A DNA stretch of 64,000 bases from Perna viridis. Its lineage: Eukaryota. The position numbers and the translations under genes are program-made. The DNA lies in the NCBI GenBank assembly GCA_037379345.1, contig CM074523.1, positions 1,434,525 through 1,498,524 on the forward strand, written 5' to 3'. Under the pieces are notes generated by a model. That model was not told where the DNA came from. It saw only the letters and a program-made list of their open reading frames with translations, and ran no database searches. Shown in pieces: positions 10,669 to 24,059 of the stretch (positions are counted from its first letter, which is position 1; each line of letters begins with the position of its first letter).

Positions 10669-13503
10669 GTAAGGCCAACTCACAATAATTTGGTGGCTCT
10701 CGGCCCTGTTTACAAAATAATACACAAAATCAGTTTGTCATCACAGTATCAAAGAAAATGACCTACAAAATCATTCATCCAGCACATATATATCAATTGT
10801 TATAGTTCAAATACATATATTAGTAATTTGAATTAAAGGACTTAAAGTAGGGTTTGTCTCTTAGGAAATACTACTTCAATTGTACCACTGAACGAGCCCA
10901 CAAAGCAATTGTGATAAGATATTTAATTTGCATGAACATTGAATTTATATACTGAAAAGAATTATGTAAGGGCTGTTCCGGAATTTTATAGATGGGGTTT
11001 GGAGGCTCTTTTTTGCTATTGCTCCATTCACAAGTTAAAACCTGTGTTTTTTTCTTTATTGTTCTGTACAAAAAAAGGACACTTTATCCGCTCCTAATCC
11101 AGCACATGATTAATTTTGAAACAGTCCTTATCATTGATTTATCATATATCATACATTCAGACCCCCACATGATTAATTATGGAACAGTTCTGATCATAAA
11201 TACAATAGAGTATCTTGATATAGTTCATTTTGCTAAACAAATTACAAAATAAATCTCTGAGGATCAAGCTCTGTTTAGTACATTGTAATAAGGAGATTAT
11301 CACATTGTGTTTGAAGATTTGAAATCATCAATCAAGGATTAAACAGTGGAAAACAAGTATTTGCCACTGTCAAATCAAGATTGACTTCAAATACGGTTTT
11401 CTCTATTCTAATGGAACTGTCCAATGTGTAACCATAAAACATATAGCTAAAAATTGTGGAATTGATGTCCTGAAATTTATGATTTTATCTGATTAAATTC
11501 CTCATTACAACAAAAGAATTATATTTTTGCACTTCACTCATCTCAATCATTTTTCTTACAAATGTGAATGATAATAACATGTTCATTGAAGTCTAATTTT
11601 ACTTTCCCCATGTACTCTGTGTACAATTAGACCAATTACCACAGTTTAGGATAACTGAACTCTATCATGTTCATTACATGTGCTAATAAGTACATCATAT
11701 GTAAATTATGGAACAATTTCTTATTTATCACTTTAATTTCTAGTCTGTATTAGGTATTTAATTGTCTGTTGAAAATTGACACGTGAGGTCATTAAGATGA
11801 TACTAGGAGTGTTGGTACAAATTCTCTTTCCAATATATTTGTTGTCATCCTCCACTACACGGAAGGGGACGTGAAAATACTGGTGTCTGTCTGTCTGGTC
11901 ACACTTATGGACGGAACTCATTGGAAACCATTTGTTGGTTATTTTTTTTAATTTTGAAGGATTGTCAGTCCCCATTAGTAGTTAAGCATATTGAGCCACA
12001 ATTTTGATTTGACAAATTTTACAGAAGTTATCGGACTTTTGCACATCAACACTTTTAGCGGCGGTGGTGGACTTATGGTTACAAGTTGCTTATTTACATT
12101 GTTTAGCATTGTTATAATTACAACAAAATTGTTTGGTTCAGTGTCTCAATGTTATTCTCTCTAAATATCAAAATCGGTATATAATTGGTAAGACTCATTT
12201 TTGTACCATGAAATTTATTGTTTGTTTAGTGTAAATTATATATTGTTGAGTTCAATGTCTCAGATATAATTTTCTCCACGTGTTTTGGTAAGATATGACT
12301 TTGTAATTTATAAGTTATTTCTACAGACAATGAACCATGGACAGGTAAATTATTTCTTTGTATAATGTCCTCCGCATGTAGGTTCACTGCTAGATATAGG
12401 TTGAAATTGTAGAAGTGTGTTCAGATGCTCTCTTGGTGTGTGGATACTATCTACTTCCGTATTTCTATTACAAATATGTTTACATTCAAAGAATATGAGT
12501 TATGAGCAAAAATCTGTTATTCTTTGGAACATTCTTCCCTATTGTCGCATGTGGCAGATTTTTAAACAATTTTTTTCTGTAAAAATTCAGTTAATTAGTA
12601 TTACCACAGAAAATATATATTGATTTAAACTGAAAACCTCCCACAAATTTTACACTTTTATGTGAAAGATTTTTAATTGATTTTATGGGAGGGTTAACAG
12701 GTATGGCATGAAATATCTTTTAATTGGCAAAAGTTCATCCAAAAAAATAAAAAACCTATGTTTATGTGCAAATTAGTCTTTGATTGTAAACATAGAAACC
12801 ATGTCCATGAGGATTTATAAACATTTGCATGCTGAAGTTCTACCAGTAAAATCAAGGTCATCATTGAAAAAAAAAAAACAAAAACATAAAAGAACTTGTT
12901 TTAATGAGCCTTTTTATTGTATTTTATGGGTTTTTGAAATTTTTTTTTATGACTTTGACTGTCAGGCATACATACATGATCATGTAGAATCAAGGATTGC
13001 TTTTTTTTTTAAAGTAAAAAGAAGTGATAGATATCTCATTCTTTTGGTTTGATTCAGTGACATTTTTTACCTGAGGTCTATTTTAATTACCTGTAAAATG
13101 CTGGCAGGCAAATGTTTGTGGCTGATAATTTGCCAAGACTTTCAATTTCTTGAATAGGCATTTTTGTTTCCTTTTGTGATAAGACATGATAGCTCATTAT
13201 TTTTGAAAAGAAATTTTTTGTTTAAATTTCGGAATTTGAGGAAGTGGTTAACATAATGCCACGTATCAAGGCAAACAATTTTCTGAAGAAATTTTCTTTC
13301 ATGGAAGGAATTTATTAAAATGCTGCATCACTTCTTTTACAATTTCCTATATATATATCTACTTGAAGCTTTATTTTGCGATTTTATTTTCAAAGAAAAT
13401 ACTGTTTACAGTAATTTTCTGCAAATCTTGGAATGATATTTTAATCAGAAGTACATGTATAATGTATCTAAGTCTCAGTAAAGTTTAATAAGAAAAGGTG
13501 ATA

Positions 13504-13881
13504 CAGTCGTTGAACGATCCGTGCAACAATTTGACGGATCGATGACCGTTGACTGATTGATCACTGACGGATTGATGACCGATGACTGGTGACCGATCTG
13601 ATCGCACTTTTGTTATGTAAAATGACGTATGATGTGTTTGAAATAAAATAAATGTAAAATAAAAGTATTTATATTGATGTTTAAATATATTACATTATGT
13701 AAATATGTGTTAAATTGACAAAGAAAACAATAAAAAGAGTAAAATACAGCGACCGCTCTGTGGTCACATGATACGATCACTGGTTTAATAGATTGGTTTG
13801 ATGGATCGATGACTGACTGGAAACTGATCGGTAATCGATGACCGATCACAATTTTTGTTGCAGAGATCAGTTCAGGTACTG
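13504..13881 (-). mobile_element. Tc1/mariner-type MITE (family 1; CAGT...ACTG ends, TA TSD)
   Basis: ta|cagtcgttgaacgatccgtgcaac ... gttgcagagatcagttcaggtactg|ta; five further copies in the window. Confidence 0.88.
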
Positions 13882-15424
13882 TACATGTACATCTTCTATG
13901 TCATAAATTTAAGGAGGATGTTGATATTTCTTAAATAATAGTGTTCTTTTATTAAACCATGCCACAGGAAGTCTTTGACAATTATTTTTTTTTAAACTTT
14001 GCACAATTGTATAGTACCATAATATACTGGTTTAATTCAATTTCAGCAAAATGTACTTTCTGAGTTTAATGCCATTTTGACCGTTTCCTCATCCCCCTTT
14101 TTCACCATTACACAGCGGGATATCACTTAATGTTCCATTAATTCTCTATTTTTCTTTCTTAAAATTATTAACATTTCATTTAAATCGTTATGTTTTGCAT
14201 GATCATGATGTTTGATCGTTGTGTTAAAATTTTTCTTCCTCTCAGCTCATTTTTCTTCTACCCATAACCCTATAGAACTTTCACAGGCAAATTATTTTCA
14301 CATGATTTCACCTGAATCAAGCAAATAAATTTTAACAAAAGGTCACTAAATTCATGTTAATTGAACCTTCACAAGAATTTTATATGAATTTTTCACATGC
14401 TTTAAATTTCTTGTGCATATCGCATAATTTTCTTGTTGAGTTGACTTTTATATGTACTGTTATTGACTGTTTATATTGCTAGCCATTTCAGGGGTGCTGT
14501 CAAATAATTCCACATCTTTCCAAGCTTTATCATGCAGGTTTAAATGAACCTTTTCTACAGTTTTTCCCTCTGATATTCATTCAACATAGAAACTTTTTCT
14601 GTATAATATAAATAAAAGAAAGAATGAAATAGAAGAAATAGTAGAAAAAGAAGATATTTTCAGATTATTAGGATAAACTATGAATGTCTTAATAAAGTAA
14701 ATGATTTACATTCAAGATAAAATGGTTCCATCCTTATTTATTTTGTGGGTCATCATTTTGATTTTATCATTTCATTATTTCAAATGCAAATTAAGATAAA
14801 TGTTTCTCATTCATTCTTATAATGGCTGTCTGCACCTCTATATACTCTATCTCTGCATATTTTCATCATAATGTATTGTATTGTGGATTTGCTTTTGATC
14901 TCCGGGATACCAATATTTGTAGTGTTTTTTTTTAAGCTAGGGACTGGTCATTTACTTTTAAGATATGAGATAATTTCCTGAATTTCTCTTTTTTTGGGCA
15001 CCACTCCATGTAGTTAGGAAAAAAATTCATGAACCCCTTTGGCTTCCAGAACTAAAATTAAACCCTTTTCATTTAATTGGTTAAAAGTTTAATATACCCT
15101 GTAAAATTTAGAAAACAAAATTTGAAGCCCCATCATTTCCTCCTATTATTCTTAAATAACCCTAAAACCGGGAATTTGATTTTAAACAAAACATACAATT
15201 TTTGTTGAAAATGTAGTTTTTACTAAAATCAACAAATTCCAATCTGTAAGTCAGAAGTATTGAAATTTTGACAAATATAACAAGCATAGGTATGGTGAAT
15301 ATATCCCCCGACCAGGATGAAAATGTATCATGACAGTTAATGTTCACAAATATTAGTACCTTTACAATATAAAGATATATCATGTGTATTGTATCTTGAA
15401 AATATGTTGTTTGTAAAATTTTAG

Positions 15425-15609
15425 CATTCAGATCCCATAGGGCTCAGAAGATAGCCAAAGATCTGTATGCAAAGAAAGGAATGGACCAAAGTCAAGCTGC
15501 TGTGTTGATACAAACCTACTTTAGAATGTGGAAATGTAAATCCATTTATCAGCAGCTCAACCAATACAAAGCTCAAAAAGAGCTGCAGATGATTTACTTC
15601 TCACAACAG
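15425..15609 (+). CDS. MYO3: Myosin III exon (not in ORF track): AFRSHRAQKIAKDLYAKKGMDQSQAAVLIQTYFRMWKCKSIYQQLNQYKAQKELQMIYFSQQ
   Basis: ttttag acceptor, cag|gtcagt donor; open frame; completes IQ5 (IQR|AFR) and holds IQ6; phase 1-0. Confidence 0.88.
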
Positions 15610-16109
15610 GTCAGTTTTATTATGTGACATTTTTGTATTAGATAGGTAGTGTTCTTGTAATGAAAAGTTATACACTAGAAACATAATGCAATTCATAAAA
15701 ATGATTTTTTTTTATTTGTTTCATTGATCAAGTTAAGATATCTGTAGAAAAACAGAGGTGTATTAGGGAGTTACAGTCAATTAATTCTCACAACAAATTA
15801 GTAAAATGTGTACCTTTAAAAGAATAAGTCAGAAAACAACTACAGGTATAAATGCTGTTGTGTAAAGTTTAATTGCATTAATGATATATCTTCATCAGTG
15901 CCTTGTTTCATAAAATTTTGACCAATCAGATTGTTTGAAATTGAAAATGTGAGAAAAAACTAAAAGGTTCGAGTGGATTCTCAAGTCAATACCAGTAGGT
16001 ATCCGGAGGTATAATGTTACAGATGTGTTATTAATTACTTGGAGTTCTATTTCATAAGTTCATGTTCTGTGTCATGTGAATATTAAAGTATTGGTCTTCT
16101 CTGTTTGCA

Positions 16110-16828
16110 AAATGTGTGCAAATTTGTTTTGCCCTATCTGTAAGCACAACTTCTTGGAAACTATTGCACCAAATTTCATGAAACTTACTAGGAATTTTAA
16201 CAATGACATATACTTGGTGTCCATCTGTTGTTGTCTTAGTTGTGGACATTCCGTTAAAGCATATTCTCTGAAATTACTGAAACTTGGTATGGTTCTTCCT
16301 TAGGGTATCTTGCGCAAAGCTTATGCTTCAATTGTTGACCCATTAAAAACATGGCCACCGTAACTAAAAATAGAAGAAAGGGGTCAGACATAGGTTTTCA
16401 CATTTGTCTCCAAAACTGTAAAGTTAACTTGTTTCTGACTTGGGGTAGGAGTGTTCAGAATGATGAAATCTGCCTGGTCAATTTTTCACTAGATACAAAA
16501 TCTGGTAACTCTGTTGCTAACCCATGCTGTAGTAATTGTCCTTCTTGGATGATTTTTGTTCTTTTTTATTTCATTACATTGAACCGTCTTCTCAGAATTT
16601 ACTAGACTGACTATCAATCCATATACTTGTAAAATACATGGTTTCTGTTACGAAAAATAAAATATATCTTATCAAGCCAGGTCAGCAATCCAGGCTCTGT
16701 AGAGACTAGTAAAGCCAGGTCATCGATCAAGGCTCTGTAGAGACTAGTAAAACCAGGTCAGCGATCCAGACTCTTTAGAGACTAGTAAAGCTAGGTCAGC
16801 GATCCAGGATCTTTAGATATTAGTAAAG
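16110..16828 (+). mobile_element. Helentron-associated (HINE/Helitron-N)-like non-autonomous element; terminal ~39 bp repeated 4 times (16674-16828)
   Basis: shares atctgtaagcacaact..ttggaaactattgcac.aaatttcatgaaactt with 20905-20970; ends in caggtcagcgatccaggctctgtagagactagt; family assignment from motif resemblance only. Confidence 0.5.
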
Positions 16829-17922
16829 ATATTGATTTGTCAAATTTTTTTTTGAGAAGGACTTTATAAAAATAGCAGGAAAGTTTTCCTGCACTTTTTC
16901 CCTATAAAAGCAATAAAAAAATATCTACATCACATGTGCTTAAGGACAAATTTAAACAACGTTTGGGTTGTATTTAGATGTATTGAGTATCATGAAGGCA
17001 AAAAACAGCAAATAGAGAAAAATGATGTGCCATTCATTGCCTGATTCTTACACAGAATGATGTTTTTAGAAAGTGTAATAAATTTATCAGTCACAGGTAC
17101 ATAGATGCCTTAGGTGACCACGGACCTTTAATTATTGATTCCATATGGGTTCAAACATTTTTTCACCAACATTTTGGCTGTAGCTAATTTGGACCATATC
17201 ATTAATTTGGATTTAAGGAACCATTCTTATTAACCAGAATAGTCACCGTGGACACTCCACACTTTATTGGAGAACAAAGTGTGATTTATTTCCCAGCTAA
17301 TCTCCTAACCCCAAGGTAATGCTTAAATGCTCTCTGGAACACCAAAATAGTCCTTGAAACTGGCACTTGGTTTGCATCTAAAGTAATTCTTTTGAGTAAT
17401 ATTTTATTTTATCCATCTTTTTTGTCAAGCATTCCAAAGATTTTATAGTCTCTAATACACTTCACTCTGAGTGATTAATGTAAGTCATATTCTTGCAAGA
17501 CATCCATGTTTCAGTTGGAATTAAGTGTGTGTCAACAACTACTTTTTCATCTGATTCAGGTCAAAGTTCATAAGAGGTATTTGGCGAGGTCAGTTTAAAG
17601 GACTGAAGTTTTTGTCTTTTTTCTATCTGTCATGTTACATTAATTCAAAGTAAAAGCAGTTAATGTTCATGAGTTAAAGCAGTTGTTCAATTTACTTCCA
17701 GGTGGGGGTGGGTGTATCAATTGCCCCCAACCCCCGTGGTTGTATCAAACCCTGTAGGTTCTTGCTCCTGTGAACGGGCACATTCTTGTTCAGCATGTAA
17801 GACTACTACACAGCAGGGTTTGATCCCTTTAATATCAAACATTCCTTTCCTGAAATGTATGAAATATCTGCCATGAAATGTAAAACAACAATCAATCAGT
17901 CAATCTTTCTCCATATTTTTAG

Positions 17923-18147
17923 GTGGAAAACTACAGTAGAGATCTGACCAAAAATCAAGAACAAACAAATGTAATGATACCTGTATCAAACAGGGAACCA
18001 GGTGTGAAGGAAAGTTCCATAACTCCTCCCCCAAGGCCAGTAACTCCTACACCACCTGATATTTCTGAAGAGAGGTTGGAACATTTGCGGAAACTGCAAA
18101 GGGTTAAACAATATATTGGCTTTGATCAAGCTAATTATTACAAAAGG
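17923..18147 (+). CDS. MYO3: Myosin III tail exon: VENYSRDL...PPPRPVTPTPP...FDQANYYKR
   Basis: tttttag acceptor, agg|gtaagt donor; matches ORF 17923-18156; phase 0-0. Confidence 0.85.
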
Positions 18148-18611
18148 GTAAGTTGAACTTCTGACACCATGTTTCAACATGTATTGTTAAGTTGAATCAT
18201 TAAAAACTGTTGAATGGTGATATAGTTGTATGGAACATGAAATATGCAGAAACTCAATAAATACTTTGCGTTTAAAAAAAAAAAGTTTCTCAATTTGCAT
18301 TGATGTGTTAGTGCTATTCAAAGATAACAAGTTTTTATTCTCTCTTCAAATCAATTAGATGCTGCTTTATACACATACTAGATTTTTATTTGGATAACTC
18401 AGTATATTTATTTAACTTGTGTTATGTTACTGAAAACAGCTTTTTCCCATATCATTTTTTTCATAACTAGTGTACAATAGTTGTCTGTTCCAATAAAGAA
18501 CCATGGACTTTACTTATAACCTTTTATTTCCCCGTGGTTAAAGTGCAAGAAATCAATTGAACTTTGCCACAAATTAGTTATACCAAGCTTTAATATGAGA
18601 CAAAAAAGAGA

Positions 18612-18745
18612 AAAGTGCTGTGTTTTCCAAGACTGTCTACTTATACAAGTGCTGCGTTTTCTAACACTCTATCTACTTGTACAAGTGCTGTGATATCTAA
18701 CACTCTGTCTACTTATACAAGTGCTGTGTTTTCTATCTACTTACA
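18612..18745. repeat. 36-bp tandem repeat, ~3.5 copies
   Basis: aagtgctg.gttttctaacactct.tctactt.tac repeats. Confidence 0.85.
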
Positions 18746-18839
18746 GCTTTATTTTATTGCTTCGTTTTTAAATAAATTACTGTTTTCACTATTATGTAAC
18801 CTGTATAAACCTTGTTATTAACTTAAGGCTATTTATTGA

Positions 18840-18987
18840 TACTGTGAAAGAAACACATTTTCGAGGATTCTTGAATTTATGGTTTTGAGGTGTTTAGTAT
18901 ACACATCAATGGAAATCTCCTTTTCGTTGGGAATCAATTTTCGTGGTTTGGCCTACTCACGAAAACCACGGAAATTGGTACTCCAGG
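18840..18987 (+). mobile_element. Short MITE (tactgtgaaag...ctttcacagta type); relative at 44645-44835
   Basis: imperfect TIRs and shared internal ttcgtgg / ccacgaa..aattgg motifs in both copies. Confidence 0.6.
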
Positions 18988-19800
18988 AACAACAGTACTT
19001 CCACGTATGATGTCACTGGTGATATGTTGGGTATTGGCATGGTAGAACATTTCCTGTCAGACTGAAGTCACGTACTTGTGGTTCTTATCTTACCAATATC
19101 AACATTCATTTAAAAACTTTAACAGGAATATCTGTTAATTGATAATTCCATGCAGTTTGTTTATTCAAAGACCTATATTTTACATCTGGTCGTGACATAT
19201 CACTGGCCACATTGATACATTATATGATCAGCTGTTAAATGTATGTCATATTAATTCAAAATAATTTATCAGAAAACTAACTCAGTGTACGATAAAGAAT
19301 CAAACACCAGCATGCAATGTTGGGAAATAGCTAATGAACAGTTATATCTTACCCTTGGGTGTCTGGCACTCCCATAGGTCTTATATTCTTACTTGTAGAT
19401 GGACTTTGGTTAGAGGGGATACTTGTTTACTTTGTGGGGTTATGAACCAGAAGTGAAATATTCAAATGTGTGTGTGTTGGTTGTGTAGAAAGATTGGACC
19501 AGTTGTCTGCAAGGACCTTCAATTTCTGACCTAGGTCATTACCTACCAGTAGGTCCTGGACCTTTGACCCTTCTCAAAGACATGGGCCATTTATTTCAAA
19601 CATAGAAAAGTCCATTTCATTCCACTGTTGAAAGTAAATTAGAACTCCTGGTCTATTTAAATTTTCATCTCTTAAAATACATAAAAAAAAATTTATGTGT
19701 GACACATGTTACTCTTTACTGTAAAAAAACCTGTTATTATCATAGGAAAGAGGGTAAAAATAAATGTTCAATACTTGTAGTAGCAAACCATGTGAACTAA

Positions 19801-20181
19801 ACAGTTACCATGATGTTGATAATAGTGGACTCTATATACAGTTACCATGATGATGATAATACTGGACTCTATATACAGTTACCATGATGTTGACTTGACT
19901 GTAACTGTACTGTTGGAGTTGCCTCACAATAAGCCCCAGTGTTCATGGATTCATCATTCAGTTACCATGATATTGACTTGACTGTACTGTTGGAGTTGCC
20001 TCACAATAAGCCCCAATGTTCATGGATTCATCATTCAGTTACCATGATATTGACTTGACTGTACTGTTGGAGTTGCCTCACAATAAGCCCCAGTGTTCAT
20101 GGATTCATCATTCAGTTACCATGATATTGACTTGACTCTACTGTTGGAGTTGCCTCACAATAAGCCCCAGTGTTCATGGAT
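19801..20181. repeat. ~76-bp minisatellite (~4 copies) preceded by shorter 38-bp-period related units
   Basis: cagttaccatgatattgacttgactgtactgttggagttgcctcacaataagccccagtgttcatggattcatcatt repeats. Confidence 0.9.
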
Positions 20182-20299
20182 TGCCATGTTTAATATGATA
20201 ATAATACATATTAAGTTCACTGACTTCACAACTTCCAACTCTCTACGTATTGCTCATGTTCAGAAAAAGTCAAAAATCTCTGAACTCTATCCTATGTAT

Positions 20300-20520
20300 C
20301 GTTTACCCCTTTGTGTTACTAGTAAAGCAGTGGACACTTATTCTACCAGTGCACTTGGTTCATGCTCCCAGTTTTTAGTGGCGTCATGGTTGCTCTGTTG
20401 TTTTTGCTTCTTTGTACATGTTTATTTTTGTTATTTTATGTTCCTTGTGTGTAATTATTTCCCTTGAATTTTATTTATATGATTATCACTCAGATCCATA
20501 TTGCCTTGATTTTCTTTCCA
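20300..20520 (+). mobile_element. Degenerate 3'-end fragment of the Naiad-type Penelope-like element
   Basis: ctagtaaagcagtggacacttattctaccagtgcacttggttcatgctcccagtttttagtgg matches the region downstream of the RT at 46300-46430. Confidence 0.75.
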
Positions 20521-22239
20521 TAGTATCTTTACATATTGCTCATGTCCAGAAATGGTCACAAATCTGTGAACTCTTATCTTATCTTACATGAGAGGAAACA
20601 ATTTTCGGAAGATTAATCAGGTATAAAAAGAATCTTTACATCATTAAGGAAACACTTGCTTATATGCTTTATTATTGGATCTATAATCATTTGAATAATG
20701 GAGTAATGGCAAACTTTGTGATAGCAGAATTTTTTTTATAAAAAATTTCCTGTTAACTTGATACAGTGAAACCTATTTCATGTTACTATGGTTACTATGG
20801 TAACTATTTTTACTTTTAGTTCAGCCATACAGAATCAGTTGACACTTTCAAAGATCAAGGTAACAAGTAGAAATTACTTGTCTTTCCACTTTGGAGACAA
20901 ATTGTTTTGCCTTATCTGTAAGCACAACTCCTTGGAAACTATTGCACAAAATTTCATGAAACTTAGTAGGAATTTGTGAGCCACTGATTTTTATTGGAGT
21001 TATGTCCCTTTGGACTTTGGAACAAGAAAGTAAAAATGTACTTAATTTTAATCTGTAAGTCCTTATGAACCCTATAGATGCAGCATCTTATTGAAAAACT
21101 AAACTTTATACAATCTTCAGTGAAGACCAATGGGTGACCTTGGGCTGACATTTTCATCCCGGTGTGATTGTTGTGTCTTTGATATACCTGTTCTCCTTAG
21201 TTCTTGACAAAATGTAATCATATCTATTTTAAGGTCAAAGGTTAAAGGTCAAGGTCACTAGACACATTGTTTACATGGTCAAGAAAGGCCTAACTTTGTC
21301 TTTGTTCATCAACCAAATCTATTAGACATGATTTTCTGGTCCAAGTTGTGACAGTTCAGTAATGTTCTGGTCCCAACGTGTGACAGTTAGGTGAGGTTCC
21401 ACTGTATTTTTATCTGTATTTTAGTGTATATTTATCATTTTATTTTCATGGTCACATGGACTCTACATGTGATGAAGCAGAATCCAAAACACTTATTATT
21501 AGCATAAAATACTTAACCTTTCTCTACCCAATTAGCAGGAAGTGAGGATATATAATTACTCTGTTGTGGGCGAGCAAATATCACATAGTCATTCATTATA
21601 ATGGCCATACAAGGTTGAATAGAGGTTAGTATAATTTTACTTGTAATCTCTCAATCTCCTATGTAGAGGTTAGACTTTTTTTCCAATTGTGCTTTTTGGT
21701 CATACAAGTAGTAAATCAGGGATCCAGTGGAGAAGATTAAGGTCTATTAAGGTCTTGCATTATAGCCTTTTTGAACCTTTAATTCATTTTACACCTGTTG
21801 ATTTAAGTACAAGTCCATATAAATGTCACATACTATCAATAGTAATGTGATTCCTTGTGAAGAAAAACCCACAAAACAAATGATGCTTTTTCTTTCTACA
21901 TATGCTATATTTTCACATAACGATAATCTCTTAAATCTACACATTTTAGAATATCAAACATTCCATTTCCCACTAAAATTAACCAAATGTATCTAAATCA
22001 AGAAAGATAACTCTTGCAAAGTGCAAATTTCATGTACAATCTAAATATATTTTTTATCTCAAAAGCACAAAAACCAAATTAAAAACTAAGACTGGTTTTG
22101 TGATCATTAACTGTTTCTGAACAAGATAAAAAACTGGATTCTGTGGTTTTTTGACATGCATGAATCACCTTCTTTCTGATTTTTAGAAAGACTGCTACTT
22201 GAACTCCTTGAGACATTCAGTAGAAAGACTGGTACTTGA

Positions 22240-22576
22240 ACTCCTTGAGACATTCACGTTTCCCATTTTAGCATTTGTGCATCATTTATCATGCGTTTAC
22301 ACATCGTTTTTCATTCGTTTAAATGCATGATAAACGCACGATAGAAGCATTCATTTAAACGCACGCTGGGAGCGTACTTTTAAACGCATGATGGGAGCGT
22401 TCATTTAAACGGACGTTACGAACGTTCGTCTATCGTGTGTTTAACCGCACGCCAGGAGCATTCGTTTATTGTTCATTTAAATGCATGCTGGGAGTGTTTG
22501 TTTATCGTGCTTTGGTGAGTGTTTAGTGTGTGTCTTGGCATCATGCATGCGGGAAACCTAAAAGTCTCAAGGAGTG
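22240..22576. mobile_element. MITE with ~25-bp TIRs (actccttgagac...tttccc / gggaaa...gtctcaaggagtg) and internal tttaaacgca subrepeats
   Basis: TIR pair visible; left end is also tandemly duplicated (22185-22256, ~38-bp period). Confidence 0.7.
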
Positions 22577-22782
22577 TAAGCTCTGAAGCAGAAGTTCATG
22601 AACAATGCACAACTTGTTAATAAGACCATCTGCCTGTTACTAAGTTGTGAATGCTGTCACTCTGACCAATAATAATAGAATAACTAATTGGAAAGAGTGA
22701 ATAATCAAAATTTGATCATGAGTGTCGAACAACGCCTAGGATCATTATGGTGTATCCATCAGCACCATAAAAACTTATTTAT

Positions 22783-23022
22783 TCAATGGGTCATAGTTTC
22801 CCTTTCCTCGTTTGTCTACCCTGGACTTGACTTTTTATGAGCAACTCGACATGTGTTTCTAGAAAAGCAGAGGACACTTACCCTACCGGTGCACCTGGTC
22901 CATGTATGATTTTAGTTACTTTATGTTCTTTGTTGTGTATGTCTGTTTTCCATGTCTGGTCTTTGTCCTTGGATTACATTCTTTTGATTACCGCTATAAC
23001 CTTGGTTCCCTTGGTTACTCTT
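22783..23022 (+). mobile_element. 3'-end fragment of the Naiad-type Penelope-like element
   Basis: tcaatgggtcatagtttc...ctagaaaagcagaggacacttaccctaccggtgcacctggtccatg...ttggttcccttggttactctt. Confidence 0.85.
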
Positions 23023-24059
23023 GAACAAGTGTGCAGAACTTAATCCGCGTGCAAGTGGTCATATTTCGGTTATTCCCAATAACCAATTGATTATCCTATT
23101 TATTATATAGATTTCCTCCTCTTTTTAGCCTAAATTTTACGGCGGATTGATATTTGTGTTGTGATGTTTTGTGATATTTTGGGGGAAGAAAGTCCTAAAG
23201 AGTGAAATTACCGATTTTTTTAGTGTGAATAATCAAAATTTTTACACTCTGTAAAATGTACATTCCGTAAAAGTTTCCATATATATAATCTATATAATAA
23301 TACCTGAACTATCCAATCAACTACAGATACTAAACATCAATCAGTTTCACATTTCATTTTACACCATGTGGCTGCTATCACCATTTATCATCAGCTGATT
23401 TATTAAACCAAACCTTTAATTTGGTGATCACTTCTGTTTGGTCTCAGGTGAACACTATTTTCATCAATCAATGACAGATAAATCAGTTTAATTGATCCCT
23501 GATCCTTCTATTTTAGGCCATATGTTAATGCTTAGAGGTTTGTTTCTTTTGCATAATGATTAGTTCCATTTTTTTACATTTTTACACAAATTAATTGAAT
23601 ATTATGACTTTTGAATGAAATTTAACTATTTTTCTCTCTTTTGTAATAACATTTTTAAACATAATTCAAAATGGGAATTTTTTATTTTTAAATCAAAGTA
23701 CATTGTGAATTTGAAATATTTAAAAGAAAAGGAATATTATTGTCTTTTACTACCTTTTGAAAAAAGGAGGCCTTTTTCAGTTCCTTTGTACATCTTTGTC
23801 AGATGGTTAATATTTAGTTGCTATTGTTCCATCAAGGTCAGGAAATAATGGGTCATTGATCTGTCATTATAATTAGATGTTTGGGTTCAGGGACTGTCCA
23901 CAAACTCAATCTTCATCAAAGATAATTGATATTTTGAACACAGCTTTATATAGGTATGATATTGGGGAATTTAGACTGAAATGGTACCAACTTCCTGTTA
24001 GATGATTTACTTAATATTTTGACCATGAATGGTTTCTCGGTTGTGAAACAGATGAAAAA

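Noticed and set aside
10420-10725. Minus-strand ORFs 10420-10725 and 10433-10678
   Set aside because: Antisense shadows of the purine-rich myosin exon.
18148-18200. Further donor-seeded duplications after exons ending 18147, 31143 and 34474
   Set aside because: Only 8-11-nt echoes (gtaagttgaa / gttaagttgaa; gtaagtta / gtgagtta); too short to separate from chance, so not counted.
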